This document shows, one piece after another, positions 50,341 through 64,000 of a stretch of 64,000 nt of DNA. Numbering within the stretch: position 1 is the first letter of the stretch; each line of letters opens with the position of its first letter. A program made the translations under genes and the position numbers. The DNA lies in NCBI GenBank assembly GCA_964016885.1, contig OZ024742.1, positions 131,750,001 through 131,814,000 of the forward strand, written 5' to 3'. This DNA comes from Eledone cirrhosa. Lineage: Eukaryota. The notes beneath the pieces were generated by a model, which was not told where the DNA came from, ran no database searches, and worked only from the letters and a program-made list of their open reading frames with translations.

Positions 50341-52339
50341 CTAGGGAAAAACATCATAAGATACTGAATAGTTGATTTGATTTTAGCAATGATTTGAACT
50401 AATTATATTCGAAGATTCATCACTTTTTGTTGAACAATAAATAATTTAGAAAACAATAATAATTGTTTCTACTTTAGACACAAGGCCAGCAATTACCCAG
50501 TACATTATACAAAAATAATAATGGAGCCAGTTTTGTTTTTAGTCAGTATAACATCTATGGAATCGCTTGATTTTCTAAAATATAACAGCAAGATCTTAAA
50601 AGAAAGAATAATCCGTGTGATAATACAGGCGTAGAAACCCGTAATTGTAGTCTGAAAGGCATTTGATCAAGGTAGAGCCAAGCTTAAGCAACACAATTGA
50701 ACAATAACAATAGCTTCGAGTCAGGTATACCACCATGCTAGAAATAGTAGCAAAATCGGCCTGGCATAACAACTAATCTTTACAAAAAGACAAAGTATGA
50801 AATATTATCTTATGTTTCCCGCATATAGTAAATAACCTAGTCCCTGGTGGAATATCTGTTGTCATATATCTCCTGGATTAAGACTAAGGTGCTAAGAAAC
50901 AACAATAACAATAAAGATTAACAATAACAAAGGCGTGTAATTCCAGATTCTAAGGCGGTGAATTGGTAGAATCATTAGAGTGTCATATTGAATGTAATTT
51001 TTTCGGTTGTCTGCGTTCTGAGTTCTAATCCTGTGGAGATCAACTTCATTTTCTGAGTTTTCACTTCATAAAAAAAGTGGTAGTGATATAATGGTGTCGA
51101 TTCTTCTTTATCTGTCTTTAGTTACTCTCTCTATCTTCACTTGCGACATATGTTCCGAGTCCGTGCTCTGAGCTCTAATCCCACATAAATATAACAGTAT
51201 TGCTAATAGAAATGAAGCTTTCGTAATTTTGGCGCCGATGTATAATCTAGCAGTCAAGTTGTAGTGACGATTCTTCTTTCTTTTCCTTTTACGTATTCTT
51301 TCTTTCTTTGTTGTCTTTTGTTCGTTTTTCTCTCACTTGCGCCGTTTGCAGGGTCATCGGAGACAATTTATTACGGTTATTTCTCTATAAAGGCTTAAGT
51401 GAATGACAAGCAAACTCTTTACGTAGACAACATTCCTATGCTATTAGAACTGCTTCAGCAAATTACAGTAAGGTCAAATATGTAGCAAAATTTATAAAAA
51501 GAAAATCAAATAAATGTGCTAACAGTTTGCTAACAGAATTGGAGGCCTAATAAAAACAATGTCATCTTAAATCCACGCTAGAAATGAATTATATATCTAA
51601 TAACTACTTATCTGGAGATATACAATCCCCAATTAATTGAGACTGCGTGAATGTGTATATTAATATGTGTATATCAATATGTAGACATTGAGCATATAGA
51701 CATGTAAAATAAATGCTATTTCGCTTATTTCGAAAGAGGATCATCAGCTTTAAACGATTCTGTAGTATTCTTGGGAGATTCATTATTGATGAACCACAAA
51801 GCTCGCATCTAATCTCCACTTAATGCCTATGAAGTGTATTACCAATACTTAATTGAAGTACTAAAGAGTATACGAAAAATACTACGGTTATTCTTCCAAT
51901 TGATTCCATTAGAATTTTCTAGGAATGTGCCAAGGCAGAATTGGTTAAAGAGTGGATGAAATGTATTATAGTATTACTATTCAGATTCTGACTAAGAATC
52001 CCGCAAAGCTTGACTTTAGGTTTTCAAGAACAATAGAATAGAGTATCTTCTCAAGTAATGGATTCCATATAATCGACTGTTGCTCCACCTTCTGGCTATG
52101 TTAAATATTATGATGATATCTTGTTTTGTTTTTCACAATCTAGTTCTTATTTTTCAGCTTAAACACATAGAGTACATGTAACGTTATAGGGTTCGTAGTG
52201 AATACGAAACTTCATGCTCTCTCTCTCTCGTTGCGTATGACCTCCTGTTTCTCTGTTTCTTTCTATCTATATTACTACCCCCACACACGCACGCACACAC
52301 TCACACATAATATATGTATGTATATACATACATATATAA

Positions 52340-52501
<162 letters not shown>

Positions 52502-53642
52502 ATTTTTTTCCCATTGAATATGTCTTTGTTTTTGCAGACATTTTTTTGATAATATATTAATATATGTCGAAATATTAAATGTAGCTGGAGGCAGGACGCG
52601 GAATGTAGAAATTGTTGCTAGTCTGAATAATAAATAATATATAATTCGCTTACTCACCTCACGTAAGTGTGGTGAAATCCCCCGGAATCGATATAATATT
52701 TTAATCATTCTGCCCCTGGGGTTAATAAACTAAATAAATTATATATACACATTATCGCCAATTGTCTGTACACTTGATATTAGCGAAGAAAATAACCAAA
52801 AAATAAAAGAGACAGAAGATAAACTCGAAAATTTTATTACCTTGTGTTTTGTTAAAAGCGTACACGTAAAGTCATCTATCTACTCTAATGCGTCATGTCA
52901 AAGATTGCCGTCAGTTTCAGGTAATATATGTTACAAATCAAATTATCCAAATCAGTTTTCTGGTAAACTTTCCGAAGGCTTTATACATTATCACTATCAA
53001 GTAATTATCACGTCAATGAAACCGCAAAATAGTGCTAATATGTACCAAGCGGGGGGACGCAGAATAGCAGAGAAAATGAAATGAATTTGTTCGAACAAAA
53101 TGTATTATATTCTAGGTTCAAATCCCAATGTGGTTAACTCTACTTCACATCATTCTGGCTTCGATAAGTTTTGTTATATATAAGTCTTTGTGTCAGTAAA
53201 GTTGGACATCCACCTGCATGAAATATATGTCTTTGGTTGTTTTACAAATTTAATCTATTTACTATTAAATTTCAGTTTTCTGTATTTCTGGCTACGTGTA
53301 ACGCGAATTTCGCAGAAACAGTTCTTGAGCTGCAAACATTATTTAACTAATTTTCTATTAAAATCAATCATTTTGCCTAAAATAATGTCAAAATATTTCA
53401 TTGACTGGATCTCCCAAAACCTAACAGTACTTATTTGGTTTATGAGTACGAAGTTATTTCCAGTCATTCATGAAAAAGAGACAACAGAAAATAATGTAGA
53501 CGTACAGAAAGCAAAATAAAATAAAAGAAACAAAAATATATCGGAATACAAATGAAAATAGAAACGTACAAAGTCACACACACACACACAGACACACACA
53601 CACACACACAACAACCTACAAAGTCGCACACATACCTCCCCC

Positions 53643-53706
<64 letters not shown>

Positions 53707-53873
53707 GAAAAACACATGCATCTTGTCACGAACGTATGCGTCCACAGAAATGTTATATTAAAAAAATGTGACAACATATATTCACACATACACAACAAAG
53801 CGTTGCATAGACGTATTTACATGTGAGAGCCATTATGAAGCACCAAAGACAGGCATATACCCTGATAAATAGA

Positions 53874-54063
53874 TAATTGTTTCTACATTTGGCACAAGGC
53901 CAGCAATTACCCACAACATTACTGGTACTTTATTCTATCGACCCTGTAAGGATGAAAGGCAAAGTTAACCTCGACGGGATTTGAACTCAGACAATAAAGG
54001 TACGTAACTATGCTGGAAAGCATGGCGTTCGACCCTCTACCGATACTGCCAATTCATCGCCCT
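53874..54063 (-). mobile_element. tRNA-derived SINE with TSD
   Basis: Full-length copy. ATAAATAGATAAT occurs on both sides (~53865 and ~54065). Confidence 0.9.
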
Positions 54064-54149
54064 AATAAATAGATAATGCGTGTGCACGTTCAAACTTATA
54101 AGCGATGAGCAATAACTTATTATTTACTTTAGTAAATTATGTTCTAAGA

Positions 54150-54208
54150 TACACTAACCTTTATTCTAAGGTACACTAACCTTTCTTCTAAGGTACACTA
54201 ACCTTTCT
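54150..54208. repeat. Short ~23-bp tandem repeat (TACACTAACCTTT..TTCTAAGG x ~3)
   Basis: Read directly. Confidence 0.8.
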
Positions 54209-55554
54209 TCGCTGTAAGTAACGACAGTTCTGTAATAGTGTTCCATTAGATAGTTGCAGGAACAGACCTTCATCGATTTCGACGTTGATTGTTCAAGCAA
54301 GCTGTTCGCTTAACGGAATAGCCTGCAAATGAAATTCAAGTGTAAGTGGATGAGCATTTCTCAGACACATGTAACCTGCACATAATTCTAAAAGATTCCC
54401 AGTGATACAGTGTTTGACAAGGCAGGTCTTTTGTATTACAAGTACAGTCCATATTGCTTCTAAACAATTTCCATCTATCCGATTTCCTTCACAAGTCACT
54501 TTCTGAATATGCTACTCAGTGAGATCGAATCTGGAACCTATTGATTGCATTTAATATAGTTTCTGGAGTCAGAGGGAAAACGGCAATGACTTTGGCTTCT
54601 ACTAGAAGCAATCAGAAACACGGAAGACCAAAAAGCTCCTGAGGGTGAACATTCCAAAATGATCTTAAGGCCGCAAAATCACCTGGATTTGATGCGTTAA
54701 AGGATGCTTGTTGCCCTCTATGCTACCCGACGCAGGGTATAATACGAAGATACAACAATCGATTATAAGTACTGAGACTAATACTACAGAACCAACAACA
54801 ACATCGAACCTCTGACGAGCTGCAGAGGCGGGAACGTCTACGTGGACATTCCTACTGTTAGAAATGTCAGCAGAAGTAACATGCCTAATAATAACGGCCT
54901 TCTCTTCAAAAAATTAATATTGCCTAGGTATTCTGTTTCAACAAAAATTGGATTTATAACGACTAGAATGCATTTGATCATCAGTTTTCCTGTTTAAGGC
55001 AGGTCTGGGGCTAACAATCCAAGAAAACTGCAGACGACATAGCAAGGGAATGAGTAACCAGCCAAGCATCCTATCAAATACATCTCAAATAAAAATGGCG
55101 AATACATCATACAGTCTACTCCTAGAGGCACATCGCCTGGGAAAAGTTGTGTTAATTATTGCTCCCATGTCGTTTAGAAAAGGCTAAACCGCAAAAAAAA
55201 AATATATAAAAAGAAAAAATCACTTTTAACGAAATAAATTTGTATATCAGCTGCTTCTCCATCAAAAACTAGATAATAAAAAAATAATTGTCGTTCTTTT
55301 ACCTTCTTCAACTTTATATATAACGTCGATAAAACAGGCGGAATCGATTCGGTAAATCAAGCCCCTTACATAGCCCCTTACATAGGAATATATATCGTTG
55401 TGTACATATATAAAATGTTATTTCTCATCGCAAAGTCTACTACAAATTTTGCTCCTACTCTTCACCTTTGAAATTCGAGTCCTTTTTCCTATGTTAGAAT
55501 TCATTATTGTTAATGCTTTATTTATTGGAAATGCTTTGTGACATTTAGTTACGA

Positions 55555-55810
55555 AAATTTTCGTTGTGAGTTCAATCTCGCCAAAGTCAACATCCTTTTT
55601 CATCCTTCCGGGGTTGATAAAATAATTGTTTCTACTTTTGGCACAAGGCCACCAATTATCCCAGTGTATTACTGGTACTTTATTTTATCGACCCCGTAAG
55701 GCGGGATTTGAACTCAGGCAATAAAGGACCGTAACTCTTTGCTGCAAAGCATGGCGTCCGACCCTCTACCGATACTGCCAATCCACCGCCCTTGGGGGTC
55801 GATAAAATAA
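55555..55810. mobile_element. Minus-strand SINE nested inside an older plus-strand SINE
   Basis: GGGGT.GATAAAATAAT is duplicated at ~55610 and ~55795 around a minus copy (55622-55792) that has an internal deletion. Confidence 0.75.
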
Positions 55811-57062
55811 TGAACTCTTCCCGTACCTAGGGCAATATTATCCACTTCCCCCTCCCCAAATGTTAACCTTCAGTAAGATGGAACGAATTGCCTTAAAACA
55901 TTTCCGAGGTCACCGTTACTTTTTCACACATCATGTGTCGGTTATGTATCAACCAGTCAATGCATTCGACTGTAAACTCTTGGGCATATTTGGACCTTCT
56001 ATCATTGTAGGATATTACTAATATTTAGAATGGCATGAAAGTCACTGAATCTCATTTCCGCATTTTTCCAGTCAATGCGAGGTCAAAGAAATCAATATGT
56101 CAAAGCAATGGCACCTTCATAGTTACAATTATTGAAGGCCTCAGCGAGCGAATGAATGAATGAATACAGCGGCAATACAAACACACATTCACATAGAGTA
56201 CACAGTCTTGCTCGTACACACAAATGCACACATACTAATCTATGCATTTGGCATACATACTTCTTACGTATAGAGAACACGATTTAATACAACTATAAGA
56301 GTTATGAGGCGAATATCGGGAATTGAAACTACTGATATACGTTATTCAAGCAGTAAATCAAAATGTTTAGCGGTTCGGCGAATGAGGATTATGAAAATTT
56401 TACGTAAAGTAAATACTTTGCTATTGGCCCTTATCCTAACAATTCATGAGCCAGCTATAATAGCGTCATTGAAATACTACACATGTTCAGAAATACACTA
56501 ATACACAGTCACGTTTGCGCAGACATGACATCGAGGGAAACGCATAAAGACATCCATAAGAGCGCACACACACCGACATTGTACAAACACATATAAACAA
56601 CATAAACACAACGCACTATGTACACACTTATTCTTATCCCATTTGAAAGCTTGTTTCTATAAATTGTAAATAATTTATTTTGTAACAGGCAATGTTGAAA
56701 GATTTTCATCCGGTGTAAGTTTCGTATAGGAAATAGCTCTTAAAATCATCTTCCCATTTCCATTATAATTATCCTCTTAAATGGTCCTAATTGAAAACCA
56801 GTCGCAGATATATACGAAGCTTACGGCGAATACACAGAAATTACGATTTATGTTTGTGTTTTTCTGCCTTTCAAATAAAGTGAAAATTATGTTCAGTAAC
56901 TTTCAAAAGGGACTTTGCTTTACAGGATTCAGAGTGAATGGACATATATATTCGAAATACTATTATCTGCAATTTAACACTATTACGTACGTACCTATGT
57001 AAGTATGTATTTATGTATGCAGGTATGTATGGGGGATGTATGTATGTAAGTATCAAAGACGT

Positions 57063-57113
<51 letters not shown>

Positions 57114-57749
57114 AGTATGGGGGATGTCTGTATGTACATATGTACATATGTATGTATTGTATTTATGTATATATAAATGTGTCCATGCTCCGGTTTAATT
57201 TTTCAAATTGCATCTGAAGAGGGAGCTGGACACCAAACACAAAAAATATTCCATAGGAATAAAACAATCAATTAGATAGACCTGTATCTCTATATATGCG
57301 TATGTACATATATGTATCTATATACGTACGCATTTATGAGTATATTCATTTTTGCATTCGTGTATGCCATAGTGAGTGTTAATTCTTATATATTTATCGT
57401 GTATTTGTACATTCTTATATATTTATCATGTATTTATCATCTATATGTGAAGGCCAGAATCTACATTATGGTATGCTTTACATACGTTTAGAGTTTGTAA
57501 AATGACATACCTGTTATCTTAATTTTAAATGTATGTAACTATGTATGCTTATAGGTATGTGTGTTCACGATTTCTCTTAATTGTCAGTTTAGTTTTGATC
57601 GGCCACTTTCACGGTGGCAAATTTGTAAAGAAAAGTAAATATGTATGTATGTATGTATGTACGTACGTACGTACGTATGTATGTATGTATGTATGTATGT
57701 ATGTATGTATGTATGTATGTATGTATGTATGCATATATGTATAGTACTA

Positions 57750-59873
57750 TTTGGATAGCCGTTGATTCTGCTGAGTCCCTGCGCCCTTTTCGTGTAGTGT
57801 TTTCGATGATCAGAGATTGGGATTAGTCGAGTGCAAGGCATTTCGTCACTTAAAAAACCTTCAAAGCACAGGCATTGCTTGTTCAGGATATGTTACAGGT
57901 TCGTGTCACTGACCGTAGCCTAAAAGGGCACCAAACTCAATAATCTGACAAGCGATTGCAATACTCTTAGCAGAGATTGCAGCCATCATGTATGTATGTA
58001 TGTATGTATGTATGTATGTATGTATGTATGTATGTATGTATGTATGTATGTATGTATGTATGTATGGGGCTACTCTTGAGTGCTACTGGTAACATGTAAT
58101 CTGGTACATCCTGTCGCGTGGTCGAGTTGTCGGTGACGAAACCGGCAACCCCACCAAGTTTACTTGGTAGGGAGGGTCATTTTGGACACCCTGCAGGACA
58201 AAAAACAAAACCTGACAAAGGGCGGAAGAACTCATAAGAGTCAACGGCCATCCAAAAGTGTGTAAATATGTATAGACACATTTACATATGCATGTATAGG
58301 TATATGCGCATCTGTATGTATATGCGCTGAGACATAGAAATAGTCGGGCTGGATACCCGATCGCGCGGTTAAACCACTGGGAATGAAGGACCCCTAGCCT
58401 TTGTCAGGGCATTCTTCTAGGAGAAGGCAGCTCAGGAAACTGGGATAACTCCGATATAAAACCTGCGGCTCAGTAGTAACCGATGATGTTGATCTTTTCT
58501 TCTTCTCGGGTTATAGCTACTGTCGCTCAGAAAGTGTGATTGGCTCAGTGCACAGTCTTTTCTCACTTTAAAAATATCTTCACGCACAACATAGTACGAT
58601 AGAATTAATTAATAATTATTAATAATGGTACATTCGTGCAATAGCCATATTCAATAACAAGGGGGCAGCCATCATGTATGCATGTATGTATGTTTGTTTG
58701 TACGTGTGTATGTATGTTCTTCTGGTTTTATAATTCCACAAAGTTTTACCAATAGAGAGAGAGTCGGTTTCTAACATAGTCACAAGACTCTCTCATTGGA
58801 ATTTACGCAACATCAACTAGGTAGATATGTATGTATGCATGCATGTGTAGATATGGATGTTATTGTATGTGTGAATGTGGATCTTTTGAGTTGTATGTGT
58901 GCATGTGTATATGCTTTGTATCTGTACATGTGTACATGCAGTTATTAGATGCAAACTTTTTGGAATGTTTTACATATTTTTACTGTTCCATTAATGGATT
59001 GTACTTGTAGTTTCCTAACTAGTTGTGTTCTTTCTGTTCCTGTGAAGCCTAGCTTCTCAAGATTTGTATTGAGGCAGTTACTAACATATCCCAGTGCCCC
59101 GATAATCACAGGCATAAATCTGAAGGTGTTATCAGGGTGGAGTATCTGCAGATTTCTCATCAGCTCTGCATAAATATTCTCCTTTTCACTATGTATGTAT
59201 GTATGTATGTATGTATGTATGTATGTATGTATGTATGTATGTATGTATGTATGTATCTCAGGTCTGTCAGGTCACCAGTTGGTGCTACTGGTAACATGTA
59301 TCCCAGTACAATTGTCCCATGGTCGCTCGTTGGCGAGCAAACTGGCAACCCCACCAAGGTTTTTGGTGAGGAGGGTGACTTTGGAGATCCTGCAGGACTG
59401 AAAACAAAACCTGTCAAAGGGCAAAGGGGCTCTTGAGAGTCAATGGTCATCCAAAATCACCGGGAAAGATGACCCCTTAGCCTTTGTCAAGGCAGAATTC
59501 TAGCAGAAGGAAAACTCTGATATAACACTTGCAACTCTGATGGTATCTAATGATGTTGACTTGTTCTTCTTTTTGGTAAATATCATCTTGGTAAAGGGAG
59601 TGGGACTGGCTTTGTGCAGTGCCTTTCCTCACTATAAAAGGTTCACGGCACAGGCATTGCTTTATATCTGGAGATCTCTCTGCACTTGTCGTCACATGGT
59701 ACCATGGGCCCAGCACTATGTGTCAATAATTGTCACAAGTGTAGTGTTTGTACCAGAGTTTTCAAGTCGCTGGCTGGACTAAAAAGTCACACTCGTTCAA
59801 CGCATCGGTATGGGTTCTCCTACATCGATATATAGTGGTGGCCGTACTCGAAAACGAGTTGGCAGCCACCATG
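57750..59873 (+). mobile_element. Three non-coding elements ending in GCAGCCA(T/C)C + (ATGT)n, probable non-autonomous RTE derivatives
   Basis: Shared ends at ~57979, 58665 and 59862. Segments 58066-58590 and 59255-59660 are homologous (GTGCTACTGGTAACATGTA, GGCAACCCCACCAAG, CTAG.AGAAGG..AACTC.GATATAA). Confidence 0.6.
58720..59190 (-). mobile_element. 3' end of an RLE-type (R4-like) LINE in a (CATA)n tract
   Basis: ELMRNLQILHP...FMPVIIGALG...LEKLGF...LQVQSINGTVKICKTF resembles the RLE C-terminus (cf. VVPIVIGALG at 44.77 kb). Confidence 0.75.
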
Positions 59874-60908
59874 TATGTAAGTATGTACGTGAGTATGTAT
59901 GTACGTATAAATGTATGTATGCATGTGTGCATTATGTATATATGTGTGTATGCTATCTTGATATTTTAAAAAACATAAACTAATTCTACCTGCAAAGAAA
60001 ATCCTTTCTATCAGAGAAAAAATATGAAAAATTCCCCATCATTAAGATAAATATAAGAGTGAAAATATACATGTGTTTACATACAACATTGAATATAAAT
60101 TCATGTGTGTAAGCGTGTATACCTAAGACAAGTGCTATGGGGCACATAGTAGAAGAGAGGTACACAAATTGGTTACAAAAGGCCTCTCCACACTGATACT
60201 ATGTGTTGTGTTTTGACAACGAAACGTATTTATATTCGAAAATACACACGCAAACACGCACACATATACACACATTTATATATATATATATATACATGCT
60301 CTGCATGAAAGGTTTTAATGCTCATTAGCAAACACTAGTGTATGGGGAGATGGTCGATTACTCTGTTGAATATGTTGCGTCAATGATGAAAAGTGGTCGT
60401 GTTAATATGTTTTCAAAAGGCTTTAAGGGATGTAAAACATATGCAATCGAATTAAAAGCGGAAATTACTGGAAGCTGGGAGCATTTTGACTATGATGCAC
60501 GTTATGCAAATAGCTATGTCGTCCCAGTTGCTCCCACATCCACGCATCCATACTCCAATTTGCGTTCTGTTTTTTTTATACTTTTTTTAATATATTTTAA
60601 ACTTATAACTAACATCAAAATCATATTTCATCATCTCTAATTTAATATAGCTATTGTACACTCTTGAGGAAAATGTAAATAAAATATTACTGCTTCATTC
60701 TCATGTGTTTCGAACATCCTATATGATTTCTCTACTTCTACTCTTATTAAGCAGGAACAAACGACATCGGTAATACAATGATCATTCTATTCATTGTTGT
60801 TATACCTTTATTTATATATTTCTGTCATATTTTAATTTTTTATGTTTTAATTTTTATATTTCAAAATTTTGCTAAAAATTTAATTAATTTTCCTTCCCTA
60901 AATCCCTC

Positions 60909-60992
<84 letters not shown>

Positions 60993-61489
60993 GTTTTCTT
61001 TCTTTCTATCTATCTATTCTATTTGTCTATCTAAATTTTTTCCATTCACTCGCTGAAACATTTCCCCTGTTGATTTATCTCCCTTCATCTCACGTTCACA
61101 GTAGCAATATTTGTTCAATTATCACAGTCTAATTGCTTTTCTCACCCTAGCGATACTACTACCCATGCTATTAAATATGTTTCTTTCTTCACACATTTGT
61201 TGTATCATTTTTTCCGTTAGATTTCCAAACATAAACATATATCACGCGTAAGCAAATCAATAAAATAATTATATGTATTCTTCCTCGGACCTAAAGTGTA
61301 TATATATAACAAGTATATACACTCAAACAACTCATACAGAGCTGACGAAATTCAATTCAAATACAGTGACAGTTTCGAAAAGAAAATTGAGGATATAGAT
61401 CTGAAAACACGTAAATGTATGTATGTGTATATATGTATGTATGTTTATATTATACACACGCACACAGACAGATACTAACACTTATATAT

Positions 61490-61865
61490 ATATTTATCGT
61501 TTTCGGTGCACCCGGCCGATTAACCCACTCGATATGCAAATTGGGCTACTCAGCCGTTAATGTGCATAAGGTAAGTATATACGTTCAACAATCTGGCAGG
61601 AAGGTATACGTTGCTGACGATAGCTAATAAGCTTGAAACTAGTACAACCTTCCTTTGTCAGTGTTGAACAAACGAGCAACGTTGGTTGCTGGACACTACG
61701 GCTTAATACGGGATGTTTGTTTACAAACACACCGAGCATTATAATAAATGTTCGGTGAATCCATACGTACATATATATATGTGTGCATGTATGTATATAT
61801 ATACATACTACTGTACGTCTGTATACATATATGTATGTACGTGTACATACTTATATTTAAGTAAC
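61490..61865 (+). mobile_element. Single unit of the ~372-bp hammerhead repeat
   Basis: Co-linear with 32560-32925 over its whole length. Confidence 0.85.
61593..61661 (+). ncRNA. Type I hammerhead ribozyme, canonical core (cleavage after A61644)
   Basis: GTTG-CTGACGA-tAGCT(aata)AGCTt-GAAAC-ta-GTA-CAAC. Stem I shows a compensatory change relative to the 32.67-kb copy (GATG/CATC vs GTTG/CAAC). Confidence 0.8.
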
Positions 61866-62015
61866 TGCCGTACTAAGAGTGGGAAATGAAATTTCGTTTC
61901 ATTTTTTCCGTTTATATATATATATATAAGTAAAACTAACGGAGCAAAGGACTCGCGTATAATCCTGTAATTAAATGAGCTCAAAGGAAATAGTTATCCT
62001 GGGCATTTTAAAATA

Positions 62016-62245
62016 CAATATATAGAGAAGAAAGACACAGGAGAGTGTGTTTTTCTTTACAGGAATTTCGAACCACCAGCGTGAGAAGAATATAAGCTAC
62101 TAGAGGCATTGGTGAAGCATTAAAATTACAAGTATACATTGAAATTAAAAACCATCCTCACCTAAACCACACATGTACACACTCACCAGGTTCGAAATTC
62201 CTGTAATGAAAAACACACTCCCCTGTGTCCTTCCCCTCTATATAT

Positions 62246-62247
<2 letters not shown>
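62016..62247. repeat. Fold-back element with ~59-bp inverted arms
   Basis: 62016-62074 and 62189-62247 are imperfect reverse complements (GAGTGTGTTTTTC.TTACAGGAATTTCGAACC / GGTTCGAAATTCCTGTAA.GAAAAACACACTC). Confidence 0.8.
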
Positions 62248-62289
<42 letters not shown>

Positions 62290-62299
62290 TATATATATA

Positions 62300-62790
62300 T
62301 GAAAAGAGTCAAGACCTAGACGGCAGAGCTCAAGCCGTTCGACGGCTATTTCTGGACCAGAAATACCCTTCGAAACGGTTCGAGCTCTGCCGTCGGGGTC
62401 TTGACTATTTTCCTATTACCCAATCTACTATCCGAAGTATCGATTACACTGGTGCGTTATGGCCCACCTGGTTCCTTACTACACTTCCTTCGTTATATAT
62501 ATATAACAAAGAATGTGTGGTGGAGTATAACGCATCAAAGTACTCGATACTTTGGGTAGTAGAGTGGGTGATAGGGAAAGAGTCAGACCCGACGGCTAAG
62601 CTCCAGCGTTTTCGGCAGCTAGATCCGTGTTTCGAACATCCTATATGATTTATCTACTCCTACTCTGATTAAGCGTGAAAAAACGACATCGGTATTACAA
62701 AGATCATTCTATTCATTATTGTTATACCTTTCGGATCTACCTGTCGAAACGGCCGGAGCTCAGCCGTCGGGGTCCTGACTCTTTTCCTAT
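62300..62790. mobile_element. Two adjacent fold-back elements of the 31.3-kb family
   Basis: Palindrome 62301-62413 with tail to ~62490. Second element has arms 62575-62627 / 62732-62790. Confidence 0.8.
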
Positions 62791-63201
62791 ATATATATAT
62801 ATAAATGAAAGTAGATGATCGACCGCGAGCACTGCGGTTTCAGGTAGTTACTTCTACTAGATATTTCAGGAAGATATCTAGAATTTAAGGAGGATAAACG
62901 CATGGAGTGGACGTACAAAGGATGAGCGAGAGGAGAGGGAGAAAGACTGAAAATTAAATGGAGGGGCGACAAATTGCAAGAAGAAGAGAAAAAGACAAAT
63001 ACATAAACATACGACATGACAAAAAGCACAGTGGAGTGGGTGTATAACATAGGGTCACATTAGCGGAACATATTTGGAGGGCACAGGGCTATTGATGTTA
63101 TGGGGACTAACCCAGGTACTGATGCACGTCGGTCTGAAGAGGCCAAACTATATAGCTACGTATAAATATATATATATATATATAACAAATAATATATATA
63201 T

Positions 63202-63347
<146 letters not shown>

Positions 63348-64000
63348 TGTTTGTTAAAATAATCAAATTAAATTAATTCAACAGACTAATAGGTTGTTAC
63401 CAACAAACCAGAAGTTTGACAAGTCGACTTACATATGGCTAATAGCTCTAGGAAATACTTGAACGACACCAACACATTTTAACTTTTGAAAGTACGTTTA
63501 TAATTACTAATTTTCATTATGTTTTTATAGCTGTCTCCGCGACCTAGTTGGAGGGATCATAGACGGTGGTGATACGGGTCTGAAGTTCGATCCTGATCTG
63601 GAGTAGGATTCCCGGTAAATCTTTTCATTTTTTTTCTTCTGTGGGTTTTAAAATAAAAAAACAGAAAAAGATTACATGTAACTCTCGAGCAGGATTGAAA
63701 CCAGGACCAGACTCTCCACCATCTCTTGTACCTACCGCGATTCCACTGAGACAGCTACGAAAGTCTAATGAAAATTCATACTTAAAAACCTATTTTCAAG
63801 ATTTTCAATACAAAATGAAGTAGTGTCGTTCATGTCTTTCCTAATGTTATTGCTCCTGCTTAAGGTCGAACTCTAAATCATTTGGGTATTCCATAAACTA
63901 CATCCTCGTTTTGTTTCTCATCTAAATATAGTCTAGATTCTAGACTATATTTTAACCTGTAATCCATGTTTCATTTCTGTTGCGCCATAATTCTCCCCCT

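Noticed and set aside
54808-54850. CTGACGA-gct gcaga ggc-GGGAAC motif
   Set aside because: No GAAA, no NUH triplet and no stem I pairing. At best a heavily decayed relic.
57210-57245. CTGAAGA-gg...cc-AAAC motif
   Set aside because: G12 is missing and there is no stem III or cleavage triplet.
60338-60640. 100-aa ORF as a possible host exon
   Set aside because: No recognisable motif, a GTG start and no supporting neighbouring exons.
61340-61385. CTGACGA...GAAA pair
   Set aside because: Stem II is out of register, and stems I and III are absent.
63130-63165. CTGAAGA-ggc...gct 5' half of a hammerhead
   Set aside because: It runs into a (TA)n tract before any GAAA, so it cannot be supported from this copy alone.

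Overview
AT-rich, microsatellite-dense eukaryotic DNA with no recognisable host exon. The repeat content suggests a mollusc, probably an Octopus-like cephalopod (inference). Almost all interpretable sequence is mobile DNA: two rearranged Penelope-like (PLE, RT + GIY-YIG) elements, a near-full-length Tx1/L1 LINE, a 5'-truncated R4/Dong-type LINE, RTE, CR1/L2 and Tc1/mariner relics, about 20 copies of one tRNA-derived SINE, and a 5.6-kb GAT/GGT compound satellite. The most notable signal is non-coding. At least three unrelated short repeat families embedded in (TA)n tracts carry type I hammerhead ribozyme (HHR) motifs. The best example is a young 322-bp tandem array (27.57-29.08 kb) whose HHR has a U3:A8 variant core, a long bulged stem I and a near-palindromic stem III, i.e. 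a retrozyme-like or PLE pLTR-derived unit predicted to self-process into 322-nt monomers. Many of these elements are fold-backs whose inversion points fall at or inside the ribozyme, and one has captured 105 bp of nearby genomic sequence as its loop. All structures were read by eye; no folding, alignment or database search was run.
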